Assembly: GCA_963745035.1 (NCBI GenBank)
Contig: CAVUVW010000017.1
Coordinates: 128,001-192,000, forward strand
Length of the DNA stretch: 64,000 nt
Direction of reading: 5' to 3'
Source: an uncultured delta proteobacterium
GTDB lineage: Bacteria > Desulfobacterota > Binatia > UBA9968
Part shown: piece after piece, positions 20,941-30,151 of the stretch
Layout of the letters: the number at the start of each line of letters is the position of its first letter
Numbering within the stretch: position 1 is the stretch's first letter
Made by a program: the position numbers and the translations under genes
The notes under the pieces: generated by a model
The model's database searches: none
The model's input: the letters and a program-made list of their open reading frames with translations, nothing else
Told to the model about the DNA's origin: nothing

Positions 20941-22211
20941 TGGATCTTTTCCATGTAGCGGCGCGAAAGCAGTTGAATATTGTCGAAGCTGGCACCGGAA
21001 AGACTCAGAGTCGAGACCAGCCCGGCGTTGCGCGCGCCGACGGCGGCCACCCGAAAGGCCGCGTCATAGAGCCCCGGCAGCTTCACGTATTGCCGCGCGC
21101 ACAGAATGGCTTTCACTTTTCCCGTCTGGGTGCGCACGTTGCGCGTCTGGCAGCGAAACGGCGTCACCTCCTCCTCGTTGCCGAAGACGGCGGTATTTCC
21201 GGCTTGGACTTGACTTGAGTAGAGCGTGAAGAACTGCGCCGGATTGAGCTCTGCGGTGGACAGCATCTGATGATAGAAGCGCACGATGCCCGAGGACTGC
21301 TCGCTCGACACGAACAGATAATCGTCGGTCGAGCAGTCGTGGGTCACGGCTACGTAGGGAATTTCCTTGCGGCGCAGCGCATCGGCCCAACAGCGAAAAA
21401 AATCCGCGGGCTTGGTCGGCAGCGAATACGGACCGACGCTCACACTTGGCGTTGTCGACGAGAACAGGCCTTCGAGATAGCGCGCCTGATTGGCGTAAAT
21501 TTGTTTGCCGACTTCGGCGAGAAAGGCTTGCGCCGGCGGCGCTTGAAGATTTACGGTCCGTTCGAGCAACGCGAACACGCGCTCGGCGGGAACCAAGTAG
21601 CTGATCTGCTCCCCTTCCGTGGCGACGTTGACGCCGACCACCCGCCCGGCCTGAGTGAGAGCCGGACCGCCGCTCATGCCCGGATTGAGCGAGCCGGTAA
21701 AATGCACTTTCGGATACAGCGTGTGCCTCAGCAGTCCATTGTACGTTCCCTCGACGATGGTCAGGCCGAGATCACGCGGATGGCCGAGAGAGTAAAGCCG
21801 AGTCCCCTGCTCGACCGGTTTGGATTCGAGGACGAGAAAGCTCTTGGGCCGGCGGTTGGTGCGCAGCACCGCGAGATCGTAGACCACGTCCACGCCGAGC
21901 ACACTGGCCTGGATGGGTTGCCCCGATCCATCGGTGATCTCGATGCGGTAACGATCCGGCGTGTGAATCAGCTTGGAGATCACATGATAGTTGGTGACGA
22001 TGTGCCCGCCCGCGCTGGCGTAAAAGCCCGTGCCGACGGAAGCCTTCGCCGCCGAGCCGGTTTCGACCACTTCGATCTTGACGACGTGCTCGGAAAATTG
22101 CTTGAAGATCTCCTGGGTCGTCGCGCCCGGGGTTTGGGCTCGAAGCAAACCCGGCGACACCGCTGTCAAGGTGAGAAGCAGCGCCGCCGACAAGGTAAGA
22201 ACTTTTTTCAT
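20928..22211 (-). CDS. secreted trypsin-like (S1C) serine protease
   Basis: Signal peptide; catalytic triad TNYHV, DLAVL, PGMSGGP; Cys-containing C-terminal domain. Confidence 0.9.
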   Translation of the reverse strand: MKKVLTLSAALLLTLTAVSPGLLRAQTPGATTQEIFKQFSEHVVKIEVVETGSAAKASVGTGFYASAGGHIVTNYHVISKLIHTPDRYRIEITDGSGQPIQASVLGVDVVYDLAVLRTNRRPKSFLVLESKPVEQGTRLYSLGHPRDLGLTIVEGTYNGLLRHTLYPKVHFTGSLNPGMSGGPALTQAGRVVGVNVATEGEQISYLVPAERVFALLERTVNLQAPPAQAFLAEVGKQIYANQARYLEGLFSSTTPSVSVGPYSLPTKPADFFRCWADALRRKEIPYVAVTHDCSTDDYLFVSSEQSSGIVRFYHQMLSTAELNPAQFFTLYSSQVQAGNTAVFGNEEEVTPFRCQTRNVRTQTGKVKAILCARQYVKLPGLYDAAFRVAAVGARNAGLVSTLSLSGASFDNIQLLSRRYMEKIQWRR

Positions 22212-22223
22212 AGTAGAATGAAT

Positions 22224-22334
22224 TCAGTTGATCACCGGCGCGCCGAGATCGGCGCGCCGCGCGGTTGCATGCGGCCCGGTAACGAAGGTCACGCACTCGA
22301 TGACCGTGATGCCTTCTAGAATTCTGACCGGCAT
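22224..22334 (-). pseudogene. 5' remnant of a class III (CaiB/BaiF) CoA-transferase
   Basis: Reads LEGITVIECVTFVTGPHATARRADLGAPVIN*, resembling the family N-terminus LxGIxV...GP...LADLGAxVIKVE. Confidence 0.7.
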
Positions 22335-22426
22335 AAAATTTTGTTTGATCAAATCTTTCACGGTTTGGTTCCCCTTGCAATGCGCTCGATCAGCTCAGCG
22401 TGACCCTTTGCTGGCAAGAGCAGTGA

Positions 22427-22630
22427 GTTGTCTGGCACACCAATCGCGGCGACATAATTCGGTCGTTGATGCGCGCGCGGCAACATCACACAGAGGAAAT
22501 GAAGCTGACTACGACATTGTGGCGGAGTACGAGCGAAGTACTCAGAGCGTTACCAGCAAGGCACCAACGTCATTCTGCTGGAACCCCGGATCTCGCCGCT
22601 GTCTTTCAGGACTCCCAGGCATCGGGTTGA
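22427..22630 (+). pseudogene. degenerate BrnT/BrnA-type toxin-antitoxin remnant
   Basis: With frameshifts reads VVWHTNRGDIIR-VDARAATSH (BrnT-like end), then EADYDI-GGVRAKYSERYQQGTNVILLEP-DLAAVFQDS (BrnA-like antitoxin). Confidence 0.65.
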
Positions 22631-22755
22631 TACGCGCACAAGTGGAGGACACATCGCGCTCGAGTTAGGAGCGAGTCCCATTTGCTAATAGCCGGATGAA
22701 GCGCGACCGAAATCCGGGATATCTCTCACTCGCTCACGTAGGTGCAGAGACTTTC

Positions 22756-24003
22756 TCACCGCGGCGCGACGAGAATCTCCTCGCGCGGAAAGTAGTCCAT
22801 GATCTCCGCGCCGCTTCTGGTGACGACCAGCATGTTTTCCAAGCGCACGCCGCCGACGCGGGTTTCGCCTTCGCGGCATTCGACCGCGATCGTCATGCCC
22901 TCTTCGAAAACTTGCGGATGGTCGAGCGACCAGAGACGATTGATGATCGGCGCATCGTAGCCCGTGCTCGTGCCGAGGCCGATGCCGTGGCCGATTTCGC
23001 TGGCGAGCACTTCGACCTCGCTCTTGTATCCCCATTTGGTAGCGGGCGGGAAATGCTTGGCGGCGTCGGCGGTGGTCTTGCCGGGCCTGATCTCGCCGAT
23101 AATCGCATCGATGCGCTCGCGCATGATCTTGTACCAGTCCTTCTCTTTGGGCGTCGCCTGGCGGCCGACGATGAAAGTTCGATACGTGCAGCTGCCGTAG
23201 CCCATGTAGGTCGCGCCGCAGTACGAACCGTAGACCAAGTCGCCGAACTGAATGACGCGGCTGGTCGCGTGCGGGCCGCGATCGAAAGTCGTCGGCCCGG
23301 TCCGCCAGCCGCCCGGAACCGCCGCTTCCAGGCCGATCTCGTAGCCGGCGCTTGCGCCAAGCGTCATCAAGTCGGTGTCGCGCATGCCGGGTTTGAGATT
23401 TTCCCAGACGCGAAACCACACGCCGTCGACCATCGCCGCGCAGGTCTTGAGACAGCCGATCTCGTCCTGATTTTTGATCATGCGCGCTTCGAGCATGAGA
23501 TTGCGCGTATCGACGATGTTTTTGACGCCGGCATTGACCAGCGCCTCGCGCGCGTTGCCGTCGAAGCTGCCAAGACCGAGCTTCTCGCCGAGCAAGCCGC
23601 GCTTCTCCAGCTCGGCTTTGATCTCGCCGGCGAAGGCTTTGGCCTCCAGCGCGCAGACCTCGGGTCCCGGAGCGCCGGTGAGCCAGGAGCGCGCCGGGCG
23701 CCATTCTTTGATCCAGGGACACTGGTCGGGCATCTGATGGTAGTAACCGTTGTGCTCGTACATCACCGGATCGTGCTCGGCGAAGAACAGCACGTAGCGG
23801 CACATGGGATAAGCAAAACCTTTGAGCGCGGTCAGGTAGCGGATGTTGTGATGATTGGCTTCGAGGATCGCCGCCACACCGTGCTTGCGCATGAGCATCT
23901 GCGCGCGCTCGACGCGCAAGCGGCGCATGCGCTCTGGGTTGAAGCGCTCTTGCCAATCCGCCGTCTCAGGACCGTAGGTGAGCTTCGGTGTGTATTGGAT
24001 CAT
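22756..24003 (-). CDS. Xaa-Pro peptidase/creatinase (M24) family protein
   Basis: NIRYLT, ARMIKNQDEI, GHGIG and GVRLEN motifs. Confidence 0.9.
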   Translation of the reverse strand: MIQYTPKLTYGPETADWQERFNPERMRRLRVERAQMLMRKHGVAAILEANHHNIRYLTALKGFAYPMCRYVLFFAEHDPVMYEHNGYYHQMPDQCPWIKEWRPARSWLTGAPGPEVCALEAKAFAGEIKAELEKRGLLGEKLGLGSFDGNAREALVNAGVKNIVDTRNLMLEARMIKNQDEIGCLKTCAAMVDGVWFRVWENLKPGMRDTDLMTLGASAGYEIGLEAAVPGGWRTGPTTFDRGPHATSRVIQFGDLVYGSYCGATYMGYGSCTYRTFIVGRQATPKEKDWYKIMRERIDAIIGEIRPGKTTADAAKHFPPATKWGYKSEVEVLASEIGHGIGLGTSTGYDAPIINRLWSLDHPQVFEEGMTIAVECREGETRVGGVRLENMLVVTRSGAEIMDYFPREEILVAPR

Positions 24004-24165
24004 GATCGCCCTCCTCTCGGGGATGGTCATTCGCCCTTGTCGCAAATCTAACGAGATCGACTCGCTGCTTCAACCCATCCGTCCATTAAATATGGATCGG
24101 CGGCCTTGTGTAAGTTTTCACGCGCGTGTGATAACAAAAGTCGTTGCTCTCGATCGCCGGAATTC

Positions 24166-25173
24166 ATGAACAGGAGCGTATGCACATCCGTGAAACAATT
24201 GATCACGCTCATCGCTGCCGGATCGATTTTCCTGCTCTCCCCTCCGCTCTCGGCGGCGGCGGAGCGAGTAACCGCGGTGTACACCAGCATCGCCGCCGCG
24301 TACGCGCCGTTCTGGGTGGCGAAGGACAAAGGGATCTTCGACAAGTACAATTTCGATACCAGCTTGGTGTACATGCGCGGCACCGTGCCGACGATCGCCG
24401 CGCTCGCCAATAACGACATCGAGTTCGTCCAATCGGGCGCCGCGCCGTTTATCAATTACGCCGCCAGGGGCGGCGACGTGGTGCTCTTGGGCTGCCTGGC
24501 GAACAAAGTCATTGATTATGTCCTCATCGCTCATCCGTCGATCAGCCGCATCGAGCAACTGCGCGGCAAGACCATCGCCATCAGCCGTCCCGGCGATCAG
24601 ACCTATTATTACGTGCGCGACATTCTCAAGCGCTACGGCATCAGCCTCAAAGAAGTGCGTTTGGTGCAAACCGGATTGCAGCCGGAACGAGTCGCGGCGC
24701 TGCGTCAAGGCTTGGTCATGGCGAGCATTCTCAATCGGCCGAATAATCTTGTGCTGGAACAGGAAGGCTATAAACGTCTGCTCGACATCGAGGATCTCAA
24801 GCTGCCCGCCGGCGTGCGTTGCCTGATCACGACGCGCAAATTGCTTAAATCGCGCCCCGCCACGGCGGAGAATTTCGCCATGGCGTGGCTGGAATCGATT
24901 CGCTTTATTCTGAGTCAGAAAAAGGAAACCAAACAGATCATCAGCAAGTACACGCGCAATACCGACGAGGTCCACCTGGAAGAAGCCTGGCGGAGCTTGT
25001 CGGCGCAAACCGAAGTGCCGCCCTACGTCTCGGTCAGCCAGTTGCAAGGCCAAGTGACCACGCTCGCCGAAGACCAACCCGATCTGAGCCGCTTCGACGC
25101 AAAATCCATGGTGGACAACAGCGTGATCAAGAAGCTCGACGATTCAGGCTGGATGAAAAAACTGTTTCGATGA
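24166..25173 (+). CDS. NitT/TauT-family ABC substrate-binding protein
   Basis: Signal peptide; WVAKDKGIF and LRGKTIAISRPG motifs. Confidence 0.88.
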   Translation: MNRSVCTSVKQLITLIAAGSIFLLSPPLSAAAERVTAVYTSIAAAYAPFWVAKDKGIFDKYNFDTSLVYMRGTVPTIAALANNDIEFVQSGAAPFINYAARGGDVVLLGCLANKVIDYVLIAHPSISRIEQLRGKTIAISRPGDQTYYYVRDILKRYGISLKEVRLVQTGLQPERVAALRQGLVMASILNRPNNLVLEQEGYKRLLDIEDLKLPAGVRCLITTRKLLKSRPATAENFAMAWLESIRFILSQKKETKQIISKYTRNTDEVHLEEAWRSLSAQTEVPPYVSVSQLQGQVTTLAEDQPDLSRFDAKSMVDNSVIKKLDDSGWMKKLFR

Positions 25174-25293
25174 TTCCACTGGAGCAAAACCCAAGTCGGA
25201 ACGACGATTTCACACGAAGGCCCGGTGCGGCAACCGTAATGAACGAGGAAAGAGGAATCTTCCAACGCATTTTTCAGCATCTGCGGGCGAGCG

Positions 25294-25358
25294 TCACATC
25301 GTTCGGAAACGACAACAAATAGTTAAACACCTGTCATTTCGAACGAAGTGAGAAATCT
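25294..25358. repeat. REP-like inverted pair (same family as 7208-7281)
   Basis: tcacatcgttcggaaacgac ... tgtcatttcgaacgaagtgagaaatct. Confidence 0.65.
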
Positions 25359-25413
25359 TTCTGCACCTGTTATTTTAATTTTAAAAGGATGCGCGAAGAG
25401 CACGGAGTTTTTC

Positions 25414-25433
25414 GTAGGGTGCGCTTGCGCACC
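25414..25433 (+). repeat. GTAG-type REP
   Basis: GTAG-GGTGCGC-TT-GCGCACC; exact reverse complement at 40531-40550. Confidence 0.75.
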
Positions 25434-25496
25434 GACAGCGACTCGAACGCAGTCGCTTGCAATATTCCGGCGGGGTGGATACAGAGCAACACAAGT

Positions 25497-26450
25497 ATGC
25501 GCGGGGGAATTTTACTCACCGTCGGCCATCTCTCGTGTTTGTTGCTGCTCGTCGCTGTGCAGAGCGCGGCGGCGGCGGAGCGTAGCTTCGAAAGAGTCCG
25601 CATCGCCGTGTCGTCGAAGTCGCTGGGATTCTTGGACACGTGGGCAGCAAAAGAGCGCGGCTTTTATCGCAAGCATGGCATCGAAGCGGAAATTATCGCC
25701 ATGCGGCCGCCGCTCACCATCGGCGCGATCCAGGCGGGCGAGATCGATTACGCCTTCGGCGCCAGCACGATCTCGCGCGGCAGCATTTCCGGCGCACCGG
25801 TGAAGTTGGTGAGCCTCGCGCTCAGAACTTCTTTTCACACACTCGTAGCCCGCCCGCAGGTGAAGTCGATCGCGGATCTCAAGGGCAAAACCATTGCGGT
25901 GACCGTCGGCGCCGCCGACGATTTCGTCGCACGCCATTTGATCCGGCGCGCCGGCCACGATCCGCGCGACTTTGCGTTCGTCAACATGGGCGGCTCGGAC
26001 ACGCGTTTCCCGGCGCTCCACGCCGGTAGCATCGAGGCGACGCCGCTGTCGCTGCCTTTCTTCATCATCGCCAAGCGCCAGGGCTTCACCTTGCTCGGCT
26101 CGGCCGCTGACGTATTTGACATGGCGACAGTCGGCATCGGCACTTCGACCCGGAAGATCCAGCAGGAACGCGAGCAGGTGAAAAAAATGCTGCGGGCTCA
26201 ACTCGACACCCTGCGCTGGATCAAGACCCAGAAAAATGAGGTCGTTCCTTTTCTCCAGAGGTTCTTCGGACTGGACGAAGAGGTCGCGCTGGAATCCCAC
26301 GCGATCTATGCCAAGCTGCTGATCGATGACGCCCGGCCGCTGGCCGACGCGGTGAGGACCGTGCTCGACCAGCAAGGGAAACCGGATTTGCCGCTCGATC
26401 GCGTCGTCGATGCGACGATCATCGAAGAAGTGCTGCGCGAACGGAGATGA
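25497..26450 (+). CDS. NitT/TauT-family ABC substrate-binding protein
   Basis: Signal peptide; AKERGFYRKHGI and DLKGKTIAV motifs. Confidence 0.88.
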   Translation: MRGGILLTVGHLSCLLLLVAVQSAAAAERSFERVRIAVSSKSLGFLDTWAAKERGFYRKHGIEAEIIAMRPPLTIGAIQAGEIDYAFGASTISRGSISGAPVKLVSLALRTSFHTLVARPQVKSIADLKGKTIAVTVGAADDFVARHLIRRAGHDPRDFAFVNMGGSDTRFPALHAGSIEATPLSLPFFIIAKRQGFTLLGSAADVFDMATVGIGTSTRKIQQEREQVKKMLRAQLDTLRWIKTQKNEVVPFLQRFFGLDEEVALESHAIYAKLLIDDARPLADAVRTVLDQQGKPDLPLDRVVDATIIEEVLRERR

Positions 26451-26451
26451 G

Positions 26452-27552
26452 ATGTCTGAAACGGGAATGAGAATCATCGATATCGACGGCCATGTGCGCG
26501 AGGCCGACGATCTCTTCGAGAAATATTTGGAACCCGCTTTTCGCGCGCGCGCGCCCAAGATCGAGAAAGTTGCCAACGGCCAGTTGTTATTTCGCCTGGA
26601 AGGCGACCGTCATCATCGCAGGCCGAACGAATCGCCGTTTCGGATCAAAGAAGACGGCTCACCGGTCAATGAGAATCGCCATCTCGCCACTCAGCCCAAG
26701 CAGCGGCTCGAAGCGATGGACCGCGACGAGATCGAGCGCGGCTTGCTGTTTCCTTCAGCGGGACTCTATTTGACGTCGGTGGAAGAAGAAGCCTACGCGG
26801 CCGCGCTTTGCCGCGCTTACAACAACTGGCTTTACGATTACTGCGGCGCGGATCGAAAACGACTCATGGGCGTCGGCGTGGTTCCCGTGCAAGACGTGAA
26901 GCTTGCCATGGACGAAGCGAAGCGCGTCGTCAAAGAACTCGGCTTCAAGGGCATCTTCGTCAGACCGAATCCGGTGAAGGGCCGCAACATCGACGATCCT
27001 TATTACGATCCGCTTTACAGAACCGTCGTCGAGCTCGGCGTGCCCCTGTTGGTGCACGAAGGATCGGGAGCTTTCTTGCCAACGGCAGGCGCCGACCGCT
27101 TCGCCGGCCAATGGTTCTTCACGCACACGATCTCCCATCCGCTCGAGCAAATGCTCGCGAGCCTCGCCTTAATCTGTCGCGGCGCTCTGGAGCGCAATCC
27201 CGAACTGCAGGTCGTCTTTCTCGAATCCGGCGCGGGCTGGCTGCCCTACTGGCTCTGGCGCATGGACGAGCATTACGAGATTCTGCCGTTTCAGGTGCCG
27301 TGGCTCAAGATGAAGCCGAGCGATTACTTTCGCCGGCAGTGCTTCACATCCTTCGAAGCGGATGAAACGCGTCTCGGCGATGTGATCCAAACGATCGGTG
27401 CCGACCGCGTTCTCTTCGCTTCCGACTACCCGCACTGGGACGCGACATTTCCTGGAGTCACGAAAATGATTCTCGACCGGAAGGACATGAGCGACGATAC
27501 CAAGAGAAAAGTGATGGGCGAAAACGCCGCAAAGCTGTTGAGATTGGACTGA
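26452..27552 (+). CDS. amidohydrolase-2 family protein
   Basis: IDIDGHV, AYNNWL, FLESGAGW and FASDYPHWD motifs. Confidence 0.92.
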   Translation: MSETGMRIIDIDGHVREADDLFEKYLEPAFRARAPKIEKVANGQLLFRLEGDRHHRRPNESPFRIKEDGSPVNENRHLATQPKQRLEAMDRDEIERGLLFPSAGLYLTSVEEEAYAAALCRAYNNWLYDYCGADRKRLMGVGVVPVQDVKLAMDEAKRVVKELGFKGIFVRPNPVKGRNIDDPYYDPLYRTVVELGVPLLVHEGSGAFLPTAGADRFAGQWFFTHTISHPLEQMLASLALICRGALERNPELQVVFLESGAGWLPYWLWRMDEHYEILPFQVPWLKMKPSDYFRRQCFTSFEADETRLGDVIQTIGADRVLFASDYPHWDATFPGVTKMILDRKDMSDDTKRKVMGENAAKLLRLD

Positions 27553-27559
27553 TCAAGAC

Positions 27560-27637
27560 AGTTTCCAGTTTCTGGTTTTGAGTTTCTAGTTATTGAAATC
27601 CGGAAACCAGAAACTAGGAACTGGAAACTAGAAACTA
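27560..27637. repeat. heptamer-period inverted repeat (AGTTTCT / AGAAACT)
   Basis: agtttccagtttctggttttgagtttctagtt ... aaaccagaaactaggaactggaaactagaaacta. Confidence 0.8.
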
Positions 27638-27654
27638 ATTTTACCGGAGGTTTT

Positions 27655-28431
27655 ATGGCCGAAACACCAAAACTCGTTTCATCGATGGGGCGGGCGGAGC
27701 TCGATCGTATCTTCGTGCGCGAATACGATCTGAACAAAGATCTGCTCGGCAAGATCACTTTTGCGCAGATGGTCTATCTGATGCTCGAGGGGCGCATGCC
27801 GACGCCGGAGCAGGGCCGCATGATCGACGCCATGCTGATCGTTCTCGTCGATCACGGCATGACAACCGGGGCCGCGGCGGCGCGCATGACGTTTCATTCC
27901 GCGCCGGAAGCGATTCAAGGCGCGGTCGCCGCCGCCATTCTCGGCGCGGGTAGCGTGCACCTGGGCTCGTCCGAGCATTGCGCGAGAATGCTCAACGACG
28001 CGCTGCCTAGAGAATCAAAAGAAACTGATCTCGACAGCGTCGCGCTAAAGACCGTCGAGAAGCGTCTGGCGAACAACCAGCTCATTCCCGGCATCGGCCA
28101 CGGCATTCACACCGGCGGCGACCCGCGCGCCGAGCGCCTGTTCGAAGTCGCCCAGGAAACCAAAGTCTACGGCCGCTACTGCGATCTGTTGCGCAAGATC
28201 GGCAAGATCGCCGACCAGAAAGTCGGCAAACATTTGCCCGTCAACGTCACCGGCGCCATCGCTGCGATCTCGCTCGACATGGGCATTCACTGGCAGATGT
28301 CGAAGAGCTTCGCGATCCTCGGCCGCGCGCTCGGCGGCTTGGCGCACGTCGGCGAAGAAATCCGCCGCCCGATCGCGCGCGGCTTGTCCAATTTGATTCG
28401 CGACAACTTGCAGTACGAGCCGGGGAAGTGA
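27655..28431 (+). CDS. citryl-CoA lyase / citrate synthase-like protein
   Basis: LVDHG, GSVHLG, PGIGH...GDPRA and PVNVTGA motifs. Confidence 0.85.
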   Translation: MAETPKLVSSMGRAELDRIFVREYDLNKDLLGKITFAQMVYLMLEGRMPTPEQGRMIDAMLIVLVDHGMTTGAAAARMTFHSAPEAIQGAVAAAILGAGSVHLGSSEHCARMLNDALPRESKETDLDSVALKTVEKRLANNQLIPGIGHGIHTGGDPRAERLFEVAQETKVYGRYCDLLRKIGKIADQKVGKHLPVNVTGAIAAISLDMGIHWQMSKSFAILGRALGGLAHVGEEIRRPIARGLSNLIRDNLQYEPGK

Positions 28432-28461
28432 ACCGGCCACGCGACATACTCTGCGAGTGAC

Positions 28462-30087
28462 ATGTCCCCCGCGGATACCGCCACGAGGACACCCGTCCTC
28501 ATTGCCGGCGCCGGTCCGGTTGGACTCACGCTCGCGCTCGAGCTCGGCTGGCGCGGCGTCCGCTGCCTGCTGGTCGAGCCCAACGAAGAGTTCAGCGGCA
28601 ATCCTAAAGCCAAGACAGTCCATCAGCGCACGCTGGAGCTGTTTCGCCGCTGGGGCCGAGCCGTGCCGGGCAAGCTGCGCGCGGCAGCGCCACTCGGCGA
28701 CGACTTCCCCTCCACCATCTTGTACGTCACGCGATTGACCGGCGAGATGATCACGGCCCTGCGCAATGCCACGCCGGCGGATACCGGCAACCGGCTGAGC
28801 CCGGAGAGAACGCTGCGCATCCCGCAATCGTTCCTGGAGCCCGTTCTACGCGAGGAAGTTCGGCAGGCGGCAGCCGTCGATTTCCGCCTCGGCTGGAAGC
28901 TCGAACGCTTCGAGCAAAATGCCCGCGAGGTCAGAGCGGAGATCGTGCAGGTGGCGAGCGGAGCGCGCGAAGTAGTTGCCGCCCAATATCTTGCCGGCTG
29001 CGACGGCGGCCGAAGCACGGTCCGCAAGCAACTGAACATCGGGCTGCACCGTTTGACGGCCGTAAAGCAAGCACTCGGCGGCGTCTTCCGGGCGCCGGCA
29101 CTCTGGTCGACGCTCGCCTTTGAAAAGGCCTTCCACTATAACGTCTTGAATGATGACTTGCCGCACCTCGCCGTCGTCGGCCCGCTGCATCCACCTGATG
29201 TGTGGTTCTTCGACCTGATGGGCGTCGATCCGAACGCGCTCGATCCAACCGAGGTTATCCGCAACGTCGTTGGCCGGCCGATCGCCTTCGAAATACGTGA
29301 CGTCGCGCCGTGGACGGTGCATAACGCCTTGGCCGAGCGCTATCGTGAAAACCGCGTCTTTCTGCTCGGTGATGCCGCCCACCTGCAGTCGCCCAGCGGT
29401 GGCTACGGCATGAACGGCGGCGTCGGCGATGCCGTCAACTTCGGTTGGAAGGTTGCGGCAGTCATTCAAGGTTGGGGCAGCGAAGATTTGCTGGACAGTT
29501 ATGAAATCGAGCGCCGGCAATTCCATGAGCGCGCGCTGGCGGAAACGATTCAGAATTCGGAGGATAACGAGTTAGTTACTCCCGGCCTCGAGGACCCGAT
29601 CCGCGGTGAAACTCTCCGGGCGACGCTGGGAGAACGTATTCAAAGCACCAAGCCCAAGAACTTCCAGAGCCTGGGCATCAGCCTCGGCTATCGCTACGAG
29701 AACTCGCCGGTCATCGTGCCCGACGGTACCCAACCTACGCCATACGAAACCTCGCGCTACATTCCCACGGCTCAGCCGGGCCATCGCGCACCTCATGCGT
29801 GGCTGCCCGACGGCGCGGCTTTGTTCGACCACTTCGGCCAGGGATTCACGCTCCTGGCTCTCGGGCCGCGCGAAGTAGACTGCTCTGGCCTAGAAAATGC
29901 TGCCGGCGCTCGCGGCGTGCCGCTCACCGTCCTGCGACGCGCCGAACCCGAGCTTCGCGATCTCTATCAGGCGGATCTTGTTCTCGTCCGTCCTGATCAG
30001 CACGTCGGCTGGCGTTCCGACTTCGAACCGGGTAATCCGAGTGCTGTCATCGACATTCTTTGCGGCGGCTCGCGCGTAGACTTGTAG
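28462..30087 (+). CDS. FAD-dependent monooxygenase (PheA/TfdB aromatic hydroxylase family)
   Basis: GAGPVG, GCDGGRS, GDAAH...GGYGMN, PGHRAPH and VRPDQHV motifs. Confidence 0.93.
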   Translation: MSPADTATRTPVLIAGAGPVGLTLALELGWRGVRCLLVEPNEEFSGNPKAKTVHQRTLELFRRWGRAVPGKLRAAAPLGDDFPSTILYVTRLTGEMITALRNATPADTGNRLSPERTLRIPQSFLEPVLREEVRQAAAVDFRLGWKLERFEQNAREVRAEIVQVASGAREVVAAQYLAGCDGGRSTVRKQLNIGLHRLTAVKQALGGVFRAPALWSTLAFEKAFHYNVLNDDLPHLAVVGPLHPPDVWFFDLMGVDPNALDPTEVIRNVVGRPIAFEIRDVAPWTVHNALAERYRENRVFLLGDAAHLQSPSGGYGMNGGVGDAVNFGWKVAAVIQGWGSEDLLDSYEIERRQFHERALAETIQNSEDNELVTPGLEDPIRGETLRATLGERIQSTKPKNFQSLGISLGYRYENSPVIVPDGTQPTPYETSRYIPTAQPGHRAPHAWLPDGAALFDHFGQGFTLLALGPREVDCSGLENAAGARGVPLTVLRRAEPELRDLYQADLVLVRPDQHVGWRSDFEPGNPSAVIDILCGGSRVDL

Positions 30088-30151
30088 CGAGCTCCAGATC
30101 GATAAAGTGTTCTTGGAAGGATGGAGTATCGGACTTAGAGAAGGAGAGCGG

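Noticed and set aside
22433-22447. sigma54-like TGGCAC-N5-TCGC
   Set aside because: It falls inside the BrnT-like remnant (W-H-T codons), so coding history explains it.
22685-24051. Long alternative-frame and antisense ORFs (e.g. 22696-24051 +, 22685-23956 -, 37817-39154 -, 25512-26576 -, 7419-8477 +)
   Set aside because: Shadow ORFs of real genes, typical of high-GC codon usage, with no family motifs.
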